Source: a virus
Taxonomy: Duplodnaviria > Caudoviricetes
Length of the DNA stretch: 64,000 nucleotides
Strand: one strand, 5' to 3'
Virus record (IMG/VR): IMGVR_UViG_3300014205_005221
Span: 64,001 to 128,000 of that record
The position numbers and the translations under genes were made by a program. The notes below the pieces were generated by a model that had not been told where the DNA came from, ran no database searches, and saw only the letters and a list, made by a program, of their open reading frames with translations. Below, one piece after another: positions 50,201 through 58,242 of this stretch. The stretch's first letter is position 1. Every line of letters starts with the position of its first letter.

Positions 50201-51171
50201 GACGATCCGACACCGCGCAGCGACGAGGACAGCCGGTTCGCCGAGCTGTCACCCTCGCGCATCGCAGAGTTGCTGTCGCGCACCGAGCTGGCGTTTGACC
50301 GGTTGGCCGACGCCGCGCTCGATGCCGCCGGGCCGACCCGGAGCAGCGACGCGATCAACCCATCCTGATCGCTAGCTGCCGAGCGCGCCGCCGTGCCCGA
50401 CTCACGGTAAGACGACGAAGACGCCGACACCGAGTTGCGCGCGTTCGCCGCAGACGGTGTCAGACGGTCGAGCGCAGCTTTGAGCGCGTCATGGTCTACC
50501 GCCGACTGCTTGGCAGCGGTTCCCGACTCGCCGTGCGCGGTCGCCAAGTTTCGATGCGAGCTGACAGATTGATCCGCCGCGTCGCGCGACCTGTCAAGGG
50601 AATCCGCGTGATCTTTGGCTGAAGCCGCAGCCTTGTCGTCGGCTTCAGCGACCTTGCGGATCGACTCGGTGAGCTTGTCGATGACCGACGACTTGTCGCG
50701 AGCCGCGTTGCGCTCATCCGAGAGCGACTTCGCATGCTGCTGCGCCGACTTGGTCGCGCGCTCTTCCTGATCGGCCAACCCGCGCATCGATGTCGCCAGC
50801 GAGCCGACCTCGCCCTTGGCCGCAGACGCGCGATCCCGGAGGCGATCCTGCTCCGTCGCCAGCGACCCGGCGGACTTGCGGGCCCGCTCCTGGGTATCCG
50901 CCAGCCGAGCCATGGACTTCTCCAGCTGCGACGTAGCAGCTGTGCCCTTACCCAGCTTGGACTGCGCCGCAGCCAGCGAGTTGGTCTCGGTACGAAGATT
51001 CTTCTGCGCGGTTGTTGTCTTTTCCAGCGCAGAATTAAACTTATCAAAATCGCCGGTCTTACCAGACTGACGCTGAAGCTTCTCAATCTCCGCGCGAGTC
51101 TTCTTGACCTCGCGGTTAAGGGAGGCGAAATCGGCGACCGCCCGGAATACCGCAGTACTCGTAGGAGCCAC
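41293..51171 (-). CDS. Tape measure protein with NlpC/P60, lytic transglycosylase and two LysM domains
   Basis: 3292 aa after the tail assembly chaperone; Ala-rich coiled coils; PYVWG..DCSG, ESSWNPNA.NP.SSA.GLFQ, two LysM repeats. Confidence 0.93.
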   Translation of the reverse strand: MAPTSTAVFRAVADFASLNREVKKTRAEIEKLQRQSGKTGDFDKFNSALEKTTTAQKNLRTETNSLAAAQSKLGKGTAATSQLEKSMARLADTQERARKSAGSLATEQDRLRDRASAAKGEVGSLATSMRGLADQEERATKSAQQHAKSLSDERNAARDKSSVIDKLTESIRKVAEADDKAAASAKDHADSLDRSRDAADQSVSSHRNLATAHGESGTAAKQSAVDHDALKAALDRLTPSAANARNSVSASSSSYRESGTAARSAASDQDGLIASLLRVGPAASSAASANRSNASSVRDSNSAMREGDSSANRLSSSLRGVGSSSRDSSNGARQLASVMSPLRATLNGTGVAGAGLRTILLGLGFAAVVPGVQLLVGALSSLVSGLVAIVGAAGPAVNAIAALGPMAVAAAGAVGTIASAFRGVGDALAAYKAVDQQAASGATSAAAQRVAAAKAIGAAQRGVRDAVQGQQDAEVAGARQVADAQRAVERAREDAAEGAVQAARRVEDANRDLIRANEDVLRAEEDLHDARRQAIRDLEDLSDRVHDSALTQEGAEISLLRAQERLAEVNADATASSLDRREAALRVAEAQDRINDVARQAARDQADLNEAQQGGVEGMPGVVSAQDSLKSAMEAQQSAARSLGDAQQAQAKQQRDSAQSVADAERNLAEAKTDSAKRQRDAAERVSDAMQRLAEAQDQATKSSGGASAAANKLAAALAKLSPEGRQMVEILRNLTPKFDELSRTAQTAMFPGLIKGLQLLIPMLDTVATPAVKAFGEVLGNLGFKLAEEVKSWEEDLKRFGTGGGPALIDKFGQAFINFASALEDVGVAAEPLAQWIGDLVLQLSEYYKKEAEIGRGDESLVKYFEKVRARLELLGKIIFNVGGIIKEVFKAGDPTGTGILEDFEKLTAETRKWMGTAEGKNAMAEYFKKVKPNLELTMGILGDIAKAFIDMGASETVTKMLLSIRDTMGPALERMFKAIGAAFDKLGPQIIELLSNLMDFFSNLSENGSGGGLSAFVSIIGKAVELLDFLTSIPIVSFLVSMMLAAKGATIAFAALGKVMAFLPGASKLNAALGGSAARAAAAANQPRTASTFGSGFTAGRKAADTKPVTGTARAGQAVGGLFRAGASAVGTPVVNRAGSAVPTSRFSPTVTQPSTVRALPPGTTRALPAGNPYKFTAGPGAGNVVPPTRASFVAGPGGVVSRVPSPVATPPGGRVPPITPGTTGARQTAAGASAARRAPLALPPGPSAGARPLATPAKPLPVRVVGSATPSASTPAKTNLNHPSRPAQTLPAPGAKPAPIRLKAGESVALTGRNAGQVTNQSGAQTRPAGNVPGSRGVGSTAAPAPAAPKPINTSNLSAATKAMAGYSAATQAAARATGAFGQTATGASSSLSRVGTSAAGSTKSVSGLSSAAQAAGKSASGLSQSAAGVASASSKIGAGANSASAGLRGVGSAASAAAAATSSAASTATSSGSKIGSAFSKVGAAVSGAFAPVAKTATTAFGGAATAASNAAGKVSSAFGSMTSKLTGVFKPVETSAASASSSLNNATTAANNTGRAMTGGVGAAATAAATNIRAVGTAAADSERRMTSYATAATGAGSAVRSSGTLAAGAAGGMTSYATAATNGARGAGALAGAAGTAGAAAGGFSKVLGGLSGALGGPFMVAMLGAIGLFALFRSATANSRNAIEQNNQAIANYRSAIDSSNGVIDESIRKSVAKSVSDQTMARSGRLVTDGLKDFKIGQEQVTTAITSGGQSLDTLRQRLLDVAEANSYMARSGYVSGGAQGGTYIETWNKEYNATGQGARELLAEIDKLREGFVREQYEALGVRAALNGVTIEQQKATEASRNHNDMLLASLNGDLAKKQSLDSVKESQKAYNDAVAANGAASAEAQAASNALQQDILNYITTAGTAEVAAAKLRGETDLDTAALRGQSTAALELAGTYKGPLPEALQKIITGMDGTAFAAAGAKVRIDETGHAVITLPGGKEIKLSDNAPETIARLREVESQLKKIQDLAEIRMRFDAGQATSEDYSRLKNDFAGGGIVPGYAPGKDTVPATLSPGEAVLVPELVKKIGAKNILRANREASGRSPNRNSSTGAGAYAGGGIVGRRRPVAQASASTGVGATNAPEAPAPIDAAAIAESAAALNTFTVAATAMATELTAKAFPALQQISTGGLAPLRTDLDLTSLTSQTVGTAISAAIEATHVAGNAALADLRATGLLPLRTDLTTTQTTTDAVTQAMTLAMQTHDLAANTSLLNIRTAGLLPLRTDLTTTQVHEQTTTTAMTNAMNLHRDLSNAATLAVRTAGLLPLRTDLTTTQTHTAASTTAMSVSTEDFKTRADTALTAVRAGLTATDTSVGNTAAWFKTQMATMQESASVPVRAVIEGPFNKGIIAAWNALDTQFTLNKHVPDVVPGFAKGGPLKGGEANKDSIPIMGMPGEYMLSKRAVNRLGGQGAVDAWHKAVRRGDTRSMQEMDQGGDPGGPGWAHMAEGGPVEAGLAFARSQVGKPYVWGATGPGSYDCSGFMSAIHGALTTGNPYVRRYTTSSFAGGATAGFVPGLSSAFSIGVLPGSHMAGTLGGINVESTPPAVIMGPGARGANDGMFSAQYSLPQVGGTFVSGGVGGVAFDPTPIVNAEFDKANKMISDFRAGNPSPHGQQLADIAQQGADKVKEAALAKVMAATAMAGPLAGAVSGSPDVIAAVKAVAARYGWGEGPQWDALAALVQGESSWNPNAANPTSSARGLFQKLTGTHGPVEPTAAGQAEWGLNYIKGKYGDPITAYRMWSSRSPHWYAKGGYVPGRGNGDTEPAMLTPGEYVLSRPAAESLGPQNLAALNAMRPGAFSDNAAQYMALGGVVQRNNGLAYQIKRGDSLSGIARAYGTTVDELKRLNKIANVNKVLTGQWLNMPRTPTPAAAAKSTTGDMGRYQIQRGDTLWSLARRFETTVSELARINNIKDPGKIFTGAWLSYPKKGATPDTTTPAPTPDPTAPATGDGTTTPMTLDSWSKGIAESTAQTKEFESNLLKLSGWGYDDLAIALAKMGLGTGTTDGGGLALSREAVKSPGNAAKVEKILEESKNVIGANLENALTVIGALRKTAGLGVREVSTATKIDTKDIFTMMENAQVAAQIAQLPSPNKDKFLSNMDAYKRGLPFARGGRVPGTGVGDTVPAMLTPGEFVLRKDAVRKIGVQALHELNDNPMQHFANGGPVLDAADLFSFVGSPSLSRPRIGRAVQEKLAKAISSASSGDTNSKSVVFSEGAVQITNPAPQRSTDSFEGTMQKLNFAGVFS
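44110..44640 (-). repeat. Four 44-aa (132-bp) tandem repeats within the tape measure
   Basis: GL(L/A)PLRTDL recurs at 132-bp spacing. Confidence 0.85.
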
Positions 51172-51186
51172 CGATTTCCCCGTTCC

Positions 51187-52193
51187 TTACTCTTTTGGCT
51201 TAGGAGGAAGAATCATCCGTCCACCAAAGATTGCAGTGAGCTTCTCGAAGCTCCCCGCCTTGGGATCCGCCGAACTACCGACAGATTCCTCGTACGGGGC
51301 GTTGCCATTCTGTTTTGCTTTCTCCTCGGCAATGAGGTGATCAGCAGTGGGCTCTTTCGATTTACGCTTGTTAGACATAATCGAAAGCTCTGCTGCCGCC
51401 TTGCTCAGCTCCTTAGCTCCATCACTAGACATCGAAAGATTCGCTAAAAAGAATGCCAGCATCTTGGTCTGCCACTCGATGTAGGTACGTTCTCGATAAT
51501 CTGTAAGTGACTTTCGCTCGTTGATCGTCTCTACAATCTGCCTCAGTCGGCAGATTCGGAGGTCGAGGACTTCTTCGTCTTTCCAGCCGTACTCCGACGA
51601 GACGAGGTCTGCGGCTCGGGCGTAACTACCGACAATTCTGGGGTCGGCGAACCGGACTCCGGCTGGGAGTTCGAAGTCTGCGAGTTTGTCAATTGGCCGG
51701 TCTTCGTCATCATCGTGAAGGCCGCGCTCAGTCGTTTTCCCAGGGCCGCCAGGTCATTCTTCTCGCGCATGATGACGGCCTCGATGATCGAGATCGCGTC
51801 CTCAGGCTCGGGGTTGAACAGCTCCTCGGACAGCTTGCGACGCAGATCGTCGTTCGTCTCACGCTGCTTCTTGTCCGCACCCGGGGTCAGGCCATCGGGC
51901 TCGACCACCGACATGATGAACTCGACGGCCTCATCCTCTGCCTCGGGCAGCGCGATGAGCGCGATGGCGAGCAGCTGCGTACCGAACGCCTCCGCCCGCT
52001 CCTCATCACCGGAGATCGACATGGCCTCGCGCAACATCGGGATGTACGCGGCACCACCACGGGTGATGATGCGCAGCAGCCGGAACAGCTGGCGCAGCTT
52101 CAGCCGCTGAATCTCCACCTTGGAACCGGAGACAAGCTCAATCAGCTTGCCCTCCGGGTCCAGACGGTCGGTCTCAGAGTTCGGTAACGACAC
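51187..52193 (-). CDS. Frameshifted tail assembly chaperone (gpGT-like), -1 shift at GGGAAAA 51735-51741
   Basis: In-frame CTG GGA AAA; the -1 frame is open from there through SEYGWKDEEVLDL to the stop at 51187. Confidence 0.85.
51543..52193 (-). CDS. Tail assembly chaperone (gpG-like)
   Basis: Between the major tail and tape measure genes. Confidence 0.85.
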   Translation of the reverse strand: MSLPNSETDRLDPEGKLIELVSGSKVEIQRLKLRQLFRLLRIITRGGAAYIPMLREAMSISGDEERAEAFGTQLLAIALIALPEAEDEAVEFIMSVVEPDGLTPGADKKQRETNDDLRRKLSEELFNPEPEDAISIIEAVIMREKNDLAALGKRLSAAFTMMTKTGQLTNSQTSNSQPESGSPTPELSVVTPEPQTSSRRSTAGKTKKSSTSESAD

Positions 52194-52229
52194 AGGTGCT
52201 CCTTGGCATCAGAAAACGACTAACAGGGA

Positions 52230-52778
52230 TCAGGTGACCGGCGAGTTCACCAGACGACCGATGGCCTTCTCGGGCAGAGGGTCGCCCTGCTCATCGACCG
52301 GGGACACAACCGCACGACCGGAGTAGTTCAGGACGAGACCGTCCTTGTAGGTCGGACCGTCGAAGCTGATCGGCATGAACTGCACGCGGAACAGCACGAT
52401 GTCCATCGTCCGCACCGCACCGGCCGAGTCCTTCGACGGAATGCGGATCAGAACCGGGCGCGGGGCCTGGTTCAGCGAGGACTGGGTCCACAGCGGCATG
52501 CTCCACTCGTCACCGGTGGAGGTGACAGGGGCTCCGGTCAGCAGCGAAATCACGTTGAACGGGACGTAGCCCGAGCTGATCGTGACCTCGGCGTAGTTGA
52601 ACCAGAACCAGTTCGACAGCACCGCGTCATCACCGGTGTTGTCGTAGCTGTCAGAGTCAACCGACACAGAGCCTTCACGAACACCGTAGATGTCCGCAAG
52701 CTCCGCACCAGTCTGACCATTCAAAATTGCTGCATGGCTGACCGAAAATGCTTCAAAGATCCCGGTTGCGGGCATCAA
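52230..52778 (-). CDS. Major tail (tube) protein
   Basis: Position upstream of the chaperone; beta-rich 182 aa. Confidence 0.8.
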   Translation of the reverse strand: MMPATGIFEAFSVSHAAILNGQTGAELADIYGVREGSVSVDSDSYDNTGDDAVLSNWFWFNYAEVTISSGYVPFNVISLLTGAPVTSTGDEWSMPLWTQSSLNQAPRPVLIRIPSKDSAGAVRTMDIVLFRVQFMPISFDGPTYKDGLVLNYSGRAVVSPVDEQGDPLPEKAIGRLVNSPVT

Positions 52779-52857
52779 AGATTCCCTTCATAAAATCCCG
52801 GGGCATCTCCGTGCTTCGTGGGATCGCTTCACTGGCTACGGGAATCTTCGGCTGCCT

Positions 52858-53682
52858 CTACTCGGCAGAACCGCGCGCAGCCTTCCGGCGAGAAGCCGCG
52901 TAAAGACGGTTACACTCTCTGCAAGTGCCATTCTTAGACAAAGAGTTCTCTAAATCCAAAAAATGTCCGTCTTCGCATACAATTCTGTCCAAGCCCTGCT
53001 GATAGCAAATTTCAGCACGACGAACAAAAAAAGTATCACGAGACTTAATTACCTTGTCTCGCTCACACTGCTTGCACACAGCAGTGCCATTCTCATTAAT
53101 TCGAATACCAACTTCCGCAAGCACGTGTCCATGATTACAAGTCTCACGCTTGGTCAGCGACAACTTCACCCGGCCACGCCGAGCACTCTCTTCAGACGTG
53201 GTCCCATCCAGGTGCGCGGGATTCACGCACCGACGAATACCGCAAATGTCATTGAGATGGTCCACCACCTCACCCTCCTCAAGAGGGCGGTTGTAGAACT
53301 CGAAACTCCAGCGGTGCGCGCCGACCGTCTTGTACTTGCCGTCGACCTTGACCGAAAACCTGCCGTAACCCTGATGCGTCAGGTGACCGGTCCAATACCA
53401 ATGGCCGTCGCGGTCCTTCTCCACCCGGCGAAGGAACTTGGTCTCCAGGTCTTCATTACGCGGCCCGTACTCACGGCGGGGAACATGCTCGTACGCCACG
53501 GGCACCGCGTAGATGATCACCGAACCACGGGGAGTGCGGGCGACCTCCAGACGCGGAGACTTCAAGCCCGGCTCGGTGATCTGCTTGCGGCGCCCGTCCT
53601 CGTAGAAACGACGCGGCCTGGTCGGGATCCCCATCTGACGAATCAGAACGTCGCGCAGCGGGACGCCAGCGATCTCAATCAA
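52858..53682 (-). CDS. HNH homing endonuclease
   Basis: WTG...GYGRF...AHR...VDH..C..RRCVNPAHL, CxxGH Zn motifs. Confidence 0.88.
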   Translation of the reverse strand: MIEIAGVPLRDVLIRQMGIPTRPRRFYEDGRRKQITEPGLKSPRLEVARTPRGSVIIYAVPVAYEHVPRREYGPRNEDLETKFLRRVEKDRDGHWYWTGHLTHQGYGRFSVKVDGKYKTVGAHRWSFEFYNRPLEEGEVVDHLNDICGIRRCVNPAHLDGTTSEESARRGRVKLSLTKRETCNHGHVLAEVGIRINENGTAVCKQCERDKVIKSRDTFFVRRAEICYQQGLDRIVCEDGHFLDLENSLSKNGTCRECNRLYAASRRKAARGSAE

Positions 53683-53725
53683 CTTACACTCCTCTAGGTA
53701 TGACTACTTTGTCGTACCCAAAAGA

Positions 53726-53995
53726 TCAGCTGTCGCGGTCGACTACCACAGATTCAATGAGGTCACCGGAGATGTCGAAACGGTGCAACACGAGGGCAAC
53801 GTCCTTGCCCTCGGAACGCATCCGGCGGCGGCAATCCTGGCACGCAAGCTCAATAAGATTGTCTGTGGTGACAGGAGCAGTCTGACCAGCAAGTCGGAGT
53901 TTGGCGAAAAGCTTCCGGGGGCCGGTGGGACACCGAAGCTCGACCTCGCGTGCGCTATCCACCGACATGCCCCAGACTTCGACCGAAGCCGTCAT
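53726..53995 (-). CDS. Hypothetical protein
   Basis: ELRCP...LFAK...IELACQDC. Confidence 0.65.
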   Translation of the reverse strand: MTASVEVWGMSVDSAREVELRCPTGPRKLFAKLRLAGQTAPVTTDNLIELACQDCRRRMRSEGKDVALVLHRFDISGDLIESVVVDRDS

Positions 53996-55188
53996 GATGA
54001 CAATCCGTCTAAGGCGCCGCGACGCAGCATATCCTGGAACTGCGCTGACTCAGGCTTCTCCGGTTTGCGGCACATCCGCATACGTGTAGCGACCTCGACT
54101 CCTCGACTGCCCGCAACAGTTTCCAAGCGATCACAGAACCGCTCCAGGACCCGGGTCCAGCTCACCATGTTCGGGAGCGTGCGAGCGGCAACCTCGCCGC
54201 GACGCGCCGCCTCAGAACGATTGTTGTAGATACCGAGCATGATCTCCGCGAGATGGTCCTCATCCGCGATAGCCGCTCGCGCCTTGAGACCGGAGAACGT
54301 TTCCTTCATCTCGAACCGCAGCGGATAGGCGTACTGATCGCTCATCCACTGCGCGTGCCCGCCCACGTTGGTCGCCACGACCGCACCACCGGTGGAGGCG
54401 AACTCGATGGCCGGTCGGTTCTTTCCCTCGCCCCAGGACGGCGCCAGCAGCACGTGCGACTCACGGTAGAGCGCGTGAACGGCCTCGACCGACCACATCT
54501 CCCCGATGATCTTCAGACCCGAACACCAGGACTCCATGGCCGGATGCAGACCGGGATACGTGGTCTTGAGGACCAGCTGCGCATCTTGCAACTCGCCCGC
54601 GTCGCGCAGCTTCTTGAACGAATTGATCGACACCCACGGGTTCTTGCGTGACGACAGAGCGCCCAACATGAGAAAACGGAACGGGGACGCATTCCAGTCA
54701 CGCTGATGCGGAGGAAGTGTCGTCACCCCACCCTGAAGTACAGAAACTTTGTCGTGGTACGGGCTCAGAGCTGACTTGGACACTTCGTCGTAGGCGAACA
54801 CCGCGTCGAAGTGTGTCAAAGCCTTGCCCAGGTGATCGGTCACCCGAAACGCGTGCTCGCAGTTCGCCTGATTGACCTCATCGACGTTGTCGAGAGAATC
54901 CCACTCCCACATCGACCACGCCACCGACACCGTCGACACCGAGTACAACCCCGCCGACTCAGGAGAGCGCGCCAGCTCCTGGGGGCAGCGATGCGAAATC
55001 AACAAATCCACATGCTCGGGAATGGGCTTGGTGATTAGGGCCGCGACATCCGCCGGGAGCGGGGGATGAACACCGGAAGGGTGCAGATACACATCCGCGC
55101 CCCACGCCATCAGCGCCTGAGCAAGTTCAATACCATCTGTGCCGTAACCTGTTTGACTGTTCACCGGGCACGACAAAAGTACCTTCAA
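53992..55188 (-). CDS. Glycosyltransferase (GT-B/GT4-like)
   Basis: TGYG, MWE, RKN, PSWGEG..PAIE...G..VVAT; TTG start after AAGGAG. Confidence 0.88.
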   Translation of the reverse strand: MKVLLSCPVNSQTGYGTDGIELAQALMAWGADVYLHPSGVHPPLPADVAALITKPIPEHVDLLISHRCPQELARSPESAGLYSVSTVSVAWSMWEWDSLDNVDEVNQANCEHAFRVTDHLGKALTHFDAVFAYDEVSKSALSPYHDKVSVLQGGVTTLPPHQRDWNASPFRFLMLGALSSRKNPWVSINSFKKLRDAGELQDAQLVLKTTYPGLHPAMESWCSGLKIIGEMWSVEAVHALYRESHVLLAPSWGEGKNRPAIEFASTGGAVVATNVGGHAQWMSDQYAYPLRFEMKETFSGLKARAAIADEDHLAEIMLGIYNNRSEAARRGEVAARTLPNMVSWTRVLERFCDRLETVAGSRGVEVATRMRMCRKPEKPESAQFQDMLRRGALDGLSS

Positions 55189-55201
55189 GGTATCTCCTTG
55201 C

Positions 55202-55726
55202 TCAACCTGTATTAAGCCCGTAATGGCATTGAAGACGTACGCCTTCCGGCCAGTCCGAGACCTCATAGACGTCGGGGAGCGACATCAGTTGCGAGCCCCA
55301 TACTCGCAATCCCGGATCTCCCGAAGCGCTGCCCCACACTTCGGAGAAACCATCAACCCGATGCAACACTGTCTGGAAATGCTCCCAGACCATACGAGCC
55401 CTAGATTCCGCATCATCTCGCAGCGGGGGCCCATTCAAGGACTCGCGCGAGCAATCCGCGTAAATCTCCAGCGACAGCCGTGGAAACCGAGCTGTGTTGT
55501 GCTGATTAGGACGTGTCCACGCGCCCTCTTCACGTAAAACTGCAGCGGCTTTCCCCGTTCCCTCCACCACTGCCTGAAGCTTGCGAACGAACAGCCAGAC
55601 TCCAACAGGCGCAGACCCCACGGGGGAGGCGAGCGCACTCACCACACCGGGAACGGTCGACAATTTGCGATGAGCGGCGACTGCGAGATCATTGCGCGCC
55701 AACAGAGGAAACAGCGAACTTGTCAC
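55202..55726 (-). CDS. Tail terminator / completion protein
   Basis: Position after the neck gene. Confidence 0.6.
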   Translation of the reverse strand: MTSSLFPLLARNDLAVAAHRKLSTVPGVVSALASPVGSAPVGVWLFVRKLQAVVEGTGKAAAVLREEGAWTRPNQHNTARFPRLSLEIYADCSRESLNGPPLRDDAESRARMVWEHFQTVLHRVDGFSEVWGSASGDPGLRVWGSQLMSLPDVYEVSDWPEGVRLQCHYGLNTG

Positions 55727-56097
55727 TGCAACCTCGCACGGACTGTCGCACCCATAGCGTGCAAAAAATCATCGCGGAGCAGATCGAGGTTGCTCATCGC
55801 GTCGTGCTCCTCGCCGCGCCCGAACTCCTCTTTGGCGTACCTGACGATGGGGTGCGCGTAACCCGGGGCAGGCCCGCCATACGAGATCTCTCCCGACCAG
55901 CTGCTCTCATCTCGACGGTTCGAGACGCGACCTGAGCCCTTCAACGAGCCGGTGATGACGTGGACACGGGCCTGAGTCTCCTCAAAGCCCTTTGCCAGCA
56001 CCTGCGACAGCTCCGCCAGCGTCTCCACGCCGGGACCTTCGTGGGCGTCGAGAGCGTCGAGCCACTCCGACACATCGACATAGAGATAGACCGACAT
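55723..56097 (-). CDS. HK97 gp10-like neck protein
   Basis: HVITGSLKGSG...YA.EEFG motif. Confidence 0.75.
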   Translation of the reverse strand: MSVYLYVDVSEWLDALDAHEGPGVETLAELSQVLAKGFEETQARVHVITGSLKGSGRVSNRRDESSWSGEISYGGPAPGYAHPIVRYAKEEFGRGEEHDAMSNLDLLRDDFLHAMGATVRARLQ

Positions 56098-56495
56098 CAG
56101 AGATTCACCGCCACAGCACCCTGGGCCACAGAAGGGGCCACCTCGATCGCTTGTCCCTCAAGGTGATGGAAATTCCGCATGTTGATAGCGCGATCGGGAG
56201 CGGTGCGGACCTCCCAGGTGCCCACCACCGGACCCGCCACGCACTCCATGCGATCACCGGGACGCAGCTCGGTGCCCGGGGCACACCAGTATGTCGCCAC
56301 CCGATCGGGGGCACGACCGGCTTGCGCGGGCATGGGGACGTCCTTGCCGGGACGGTAGAAGCCGACCTCGATCCGGCACTGCACCCGCTCCATGCCCGCC
56401 ACCACGACCCAGCTGGTCGCGAGCACACCGTCGGTGAACACGCCCTGAGAACGTGTCACTCGCACGTATGTCGGCATAAGTCGATACGGGATCAC
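56097..56495 (-). CDS. Head-tail stopper / closure protein
   Basis: LRPGDR...W.V...HHLE motif; position. Confidence 0.7.
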   Translation of the reverse strand: MIPYRLMPTYVRVTRSQGVFTDGVLATSWVVVAGMERVQCRIEVGFYRPGKDVPMPAQAGRAPDRVATYWCAPGTELRPGDRMECVAGPVVGTWEVRTAPDRAINMRNFHHLEGQAIEVAPSVAQGAVAVNL

Positions 56496-57031
56496 CGGTA
56501 CATGCCTCCACCGGACTCCAGCGGAGGACCCTGCCGGAAGTTCTCCGTATCCGCCGGACCCGTCAAGATCGGACGGCCACCGGCCCAGCCGATGTCACCA
56601 GGACGATCGAAGGCCGAGATGGACGCGTTGGAGATCGTCGACGTGAACGCGTCCGCCGCTGCATCGAGCAGCTTGGACACCGCGACGTCGAACCACGACA
56701 CACCCGACGGGATCCCGGCCAGCACATTCTGCTCAGCCAGGGTGTAGGAATACGAACCGATGTTCTCCGTCTTGAACGGAGAGAACCTCATGTCGCGATG
56801 GTTGTTGCCTTCAAAGATGGCCTCCGCCATCGCCAACACGCCGCGACGAGCAGTGCGCCCGAGCAGCGTGTTGGCCGGTGGCAGCTCCGTGATGGAGACA
56901 GACGACAGCGCAAGCTCCAGCAGATCACCAGCCTGCGCCAGAGCCTCCATCACGAACGGACGGTCGTAGTGCTCCGGGCTTTGACCGGTGAAGTTGGAAA
57001 GATCAATTTCCGTAAGCCCGGTATCCACCAC
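56492..57031 (-). CDS. Head-tail adaptor protein
   Basis: ENIGSYSY motif; position. Confidence 0.75.
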   Translation of the reverse strand: MVDTGLTEIDLSNFTGQSPEHYDRPFVMEALAQAGDLLELALSSVSITELPPANTLLGRTARRGVLAMAEAIFEGNNHRDMRFSPFKTENIGSYSYTLAEQNVLAGIPSGVSWFDVAVSKLLDAAADAFTSTISNASISAFDRPGDIGWAGGRPILTGPADTENFRQGPPLESGGGMYR

Positions 57032-57040
57032 AACCTCCGA

Positions 57041-57799
57041 TTAGGTCAGCTTGGTCTTCAAGGTCGCCAGCTGCTGAATCGGACGTGCAACGCGGTTGCG
57101 ATTACGCTCGCGATCCGCTGCAGCGCCGTCCTTCCACGGCAAACCCGGCCATGGTCCATGTCCGAACTTGACCTGACCCCAACGGCGAAGCTGCTCACCA
57201 TCGGTCAGCAGCACCCACGACTTACCGGTGCGATCACAGGTGTCGCGCCACGCTGGAGTGCCCACCTCGAACTCGATCTCCTGGCCGACATACCAGACCT
57301 GACCGTTGGAAGTGAACCCGTCCTCGCGGACGTGAATGATCACCGTGTCGCCGGGAGCCGGGTCGATCGGAGGCGGGCCCACAGCCCACGACGCGACCTC
57401 CGCACCAGAGCCGGACAGAGCGGCCCGTGCTGCCGCCAGTTCGGCTTCCAGACGCAGCACCAGCTCGGTCTGGGCGGTGTTAGGGACCGGACCCGCCGGG
57501 AGGTTGTCCGAGCCAACGGTGTCGTTCGCCAAATTCTCCACATTGGTGTTGGAGATGACCACAGACTCCGACACATTCGAAGTAGTGACCGGCGGGACGT
57601 TGATGCCCGGGGTCGCATCGATCACCGGCTCGGGGTCCGGCGGAACGATGTAGGCGGACAGATCATCATCGGGCTCAGCCGACGCCACCTCATCGGGGGC
57701 ATCCGCAGGAGGGATCGCTCCCTTGGTCTTAGGAGTGCGCCCCGATGGGGGTGGCGGGCTGGACCGACGGATAGCAGGCTTCTCGTCTTCAGATGGCAT
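57041..57799 (-). CDS. Hypothetical protein (probably virion-associated)
   Basis: AAGGAG RBS; Pro-rich N-terminus with a folded C-domain. Confidence 0.7.
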   Translation of the reverse strand: MPSEDEKPAIRRSSPPPPSGRTPKTKGAIPPADAPDEVASAEPDDDLSAYIVPPDPEPVIDATPGINVPPVTTSNVSESVVISNTNVENLANDTVGSDNLPAGPVPNTAQTELVLRLEAELAAARAALSGSGAEVASWAVGPPPIDPAPGDTVIIHVREDGFTSNGQVWYVGQEIEFEVGTPAWRDTCDRTGKSWVLLTDGEQLRRWGQVKFGHGPWPGLPWKDGAAADRERNRNRVARPIQQLATLKTKLT

Positions 57800-57819
57800 T
57801 GAATGCTCCTTGAGCTAAC

Positions 57820-58176
57820 TCAGACCTCAGCGATGTTGGTGTCGTCGTACGACACCGTCTGGCCACGGTTGGGGATGGCGTAGACGCCGACAGCACCGGC
57901 TGCAGCGATGAGCATCTGAATCAGCTCGACCGTCTGGATGCCGCCGACGATGGCCGACGCCAGCACGGTCAAAATCGCCGCGAGTGCCGACACGATGAAC
58001 TTGGTGTACTTCGCTCCCGGGATGTTCGGTGCGGTGAACACGGCAGCGGCACCGACGCCGATGATGGCGACGTTGACCCACTCCACAGAGTCCACAACGT
58101 TGTCACCCGCAAGCGCCGCCACCAGAGCAGCGGCGATCGTGACAACCACCTGCATGACGAGCTTTGCGTACTTCAT
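57820..58176 (-). CDS. Holin-like membrane protein
   Basis: Duplicated KY.K...TM-EW-TM-PN unit, 4 TM helices. Confidence 0.7.
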   Translation of the reverse strand: MKYAKLVMQVVVTIAAALVAALAGDNVVDSVEWVNVAIIGVGAAAVFTAPNIPGAKYTKFIVSALAAILTVLASAIVGGIQTVELIQMLIAAAGAVGVYAIPNRGQTVSYDDTNIAEV

Positions 58177-58242
58177 GACAACCCTCCTCAGGAAGCGCAG
58201 CAGGAAAGCCGTGCTTCTCCGAGGTCTTCGACCTGGTGTCGG

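Noticed and set aside
52858-53682. HNH as part of a group I intron or intein
   Set aside because: Free-standing between two complete genes, with its own RBS; no interrupted host gene is evident
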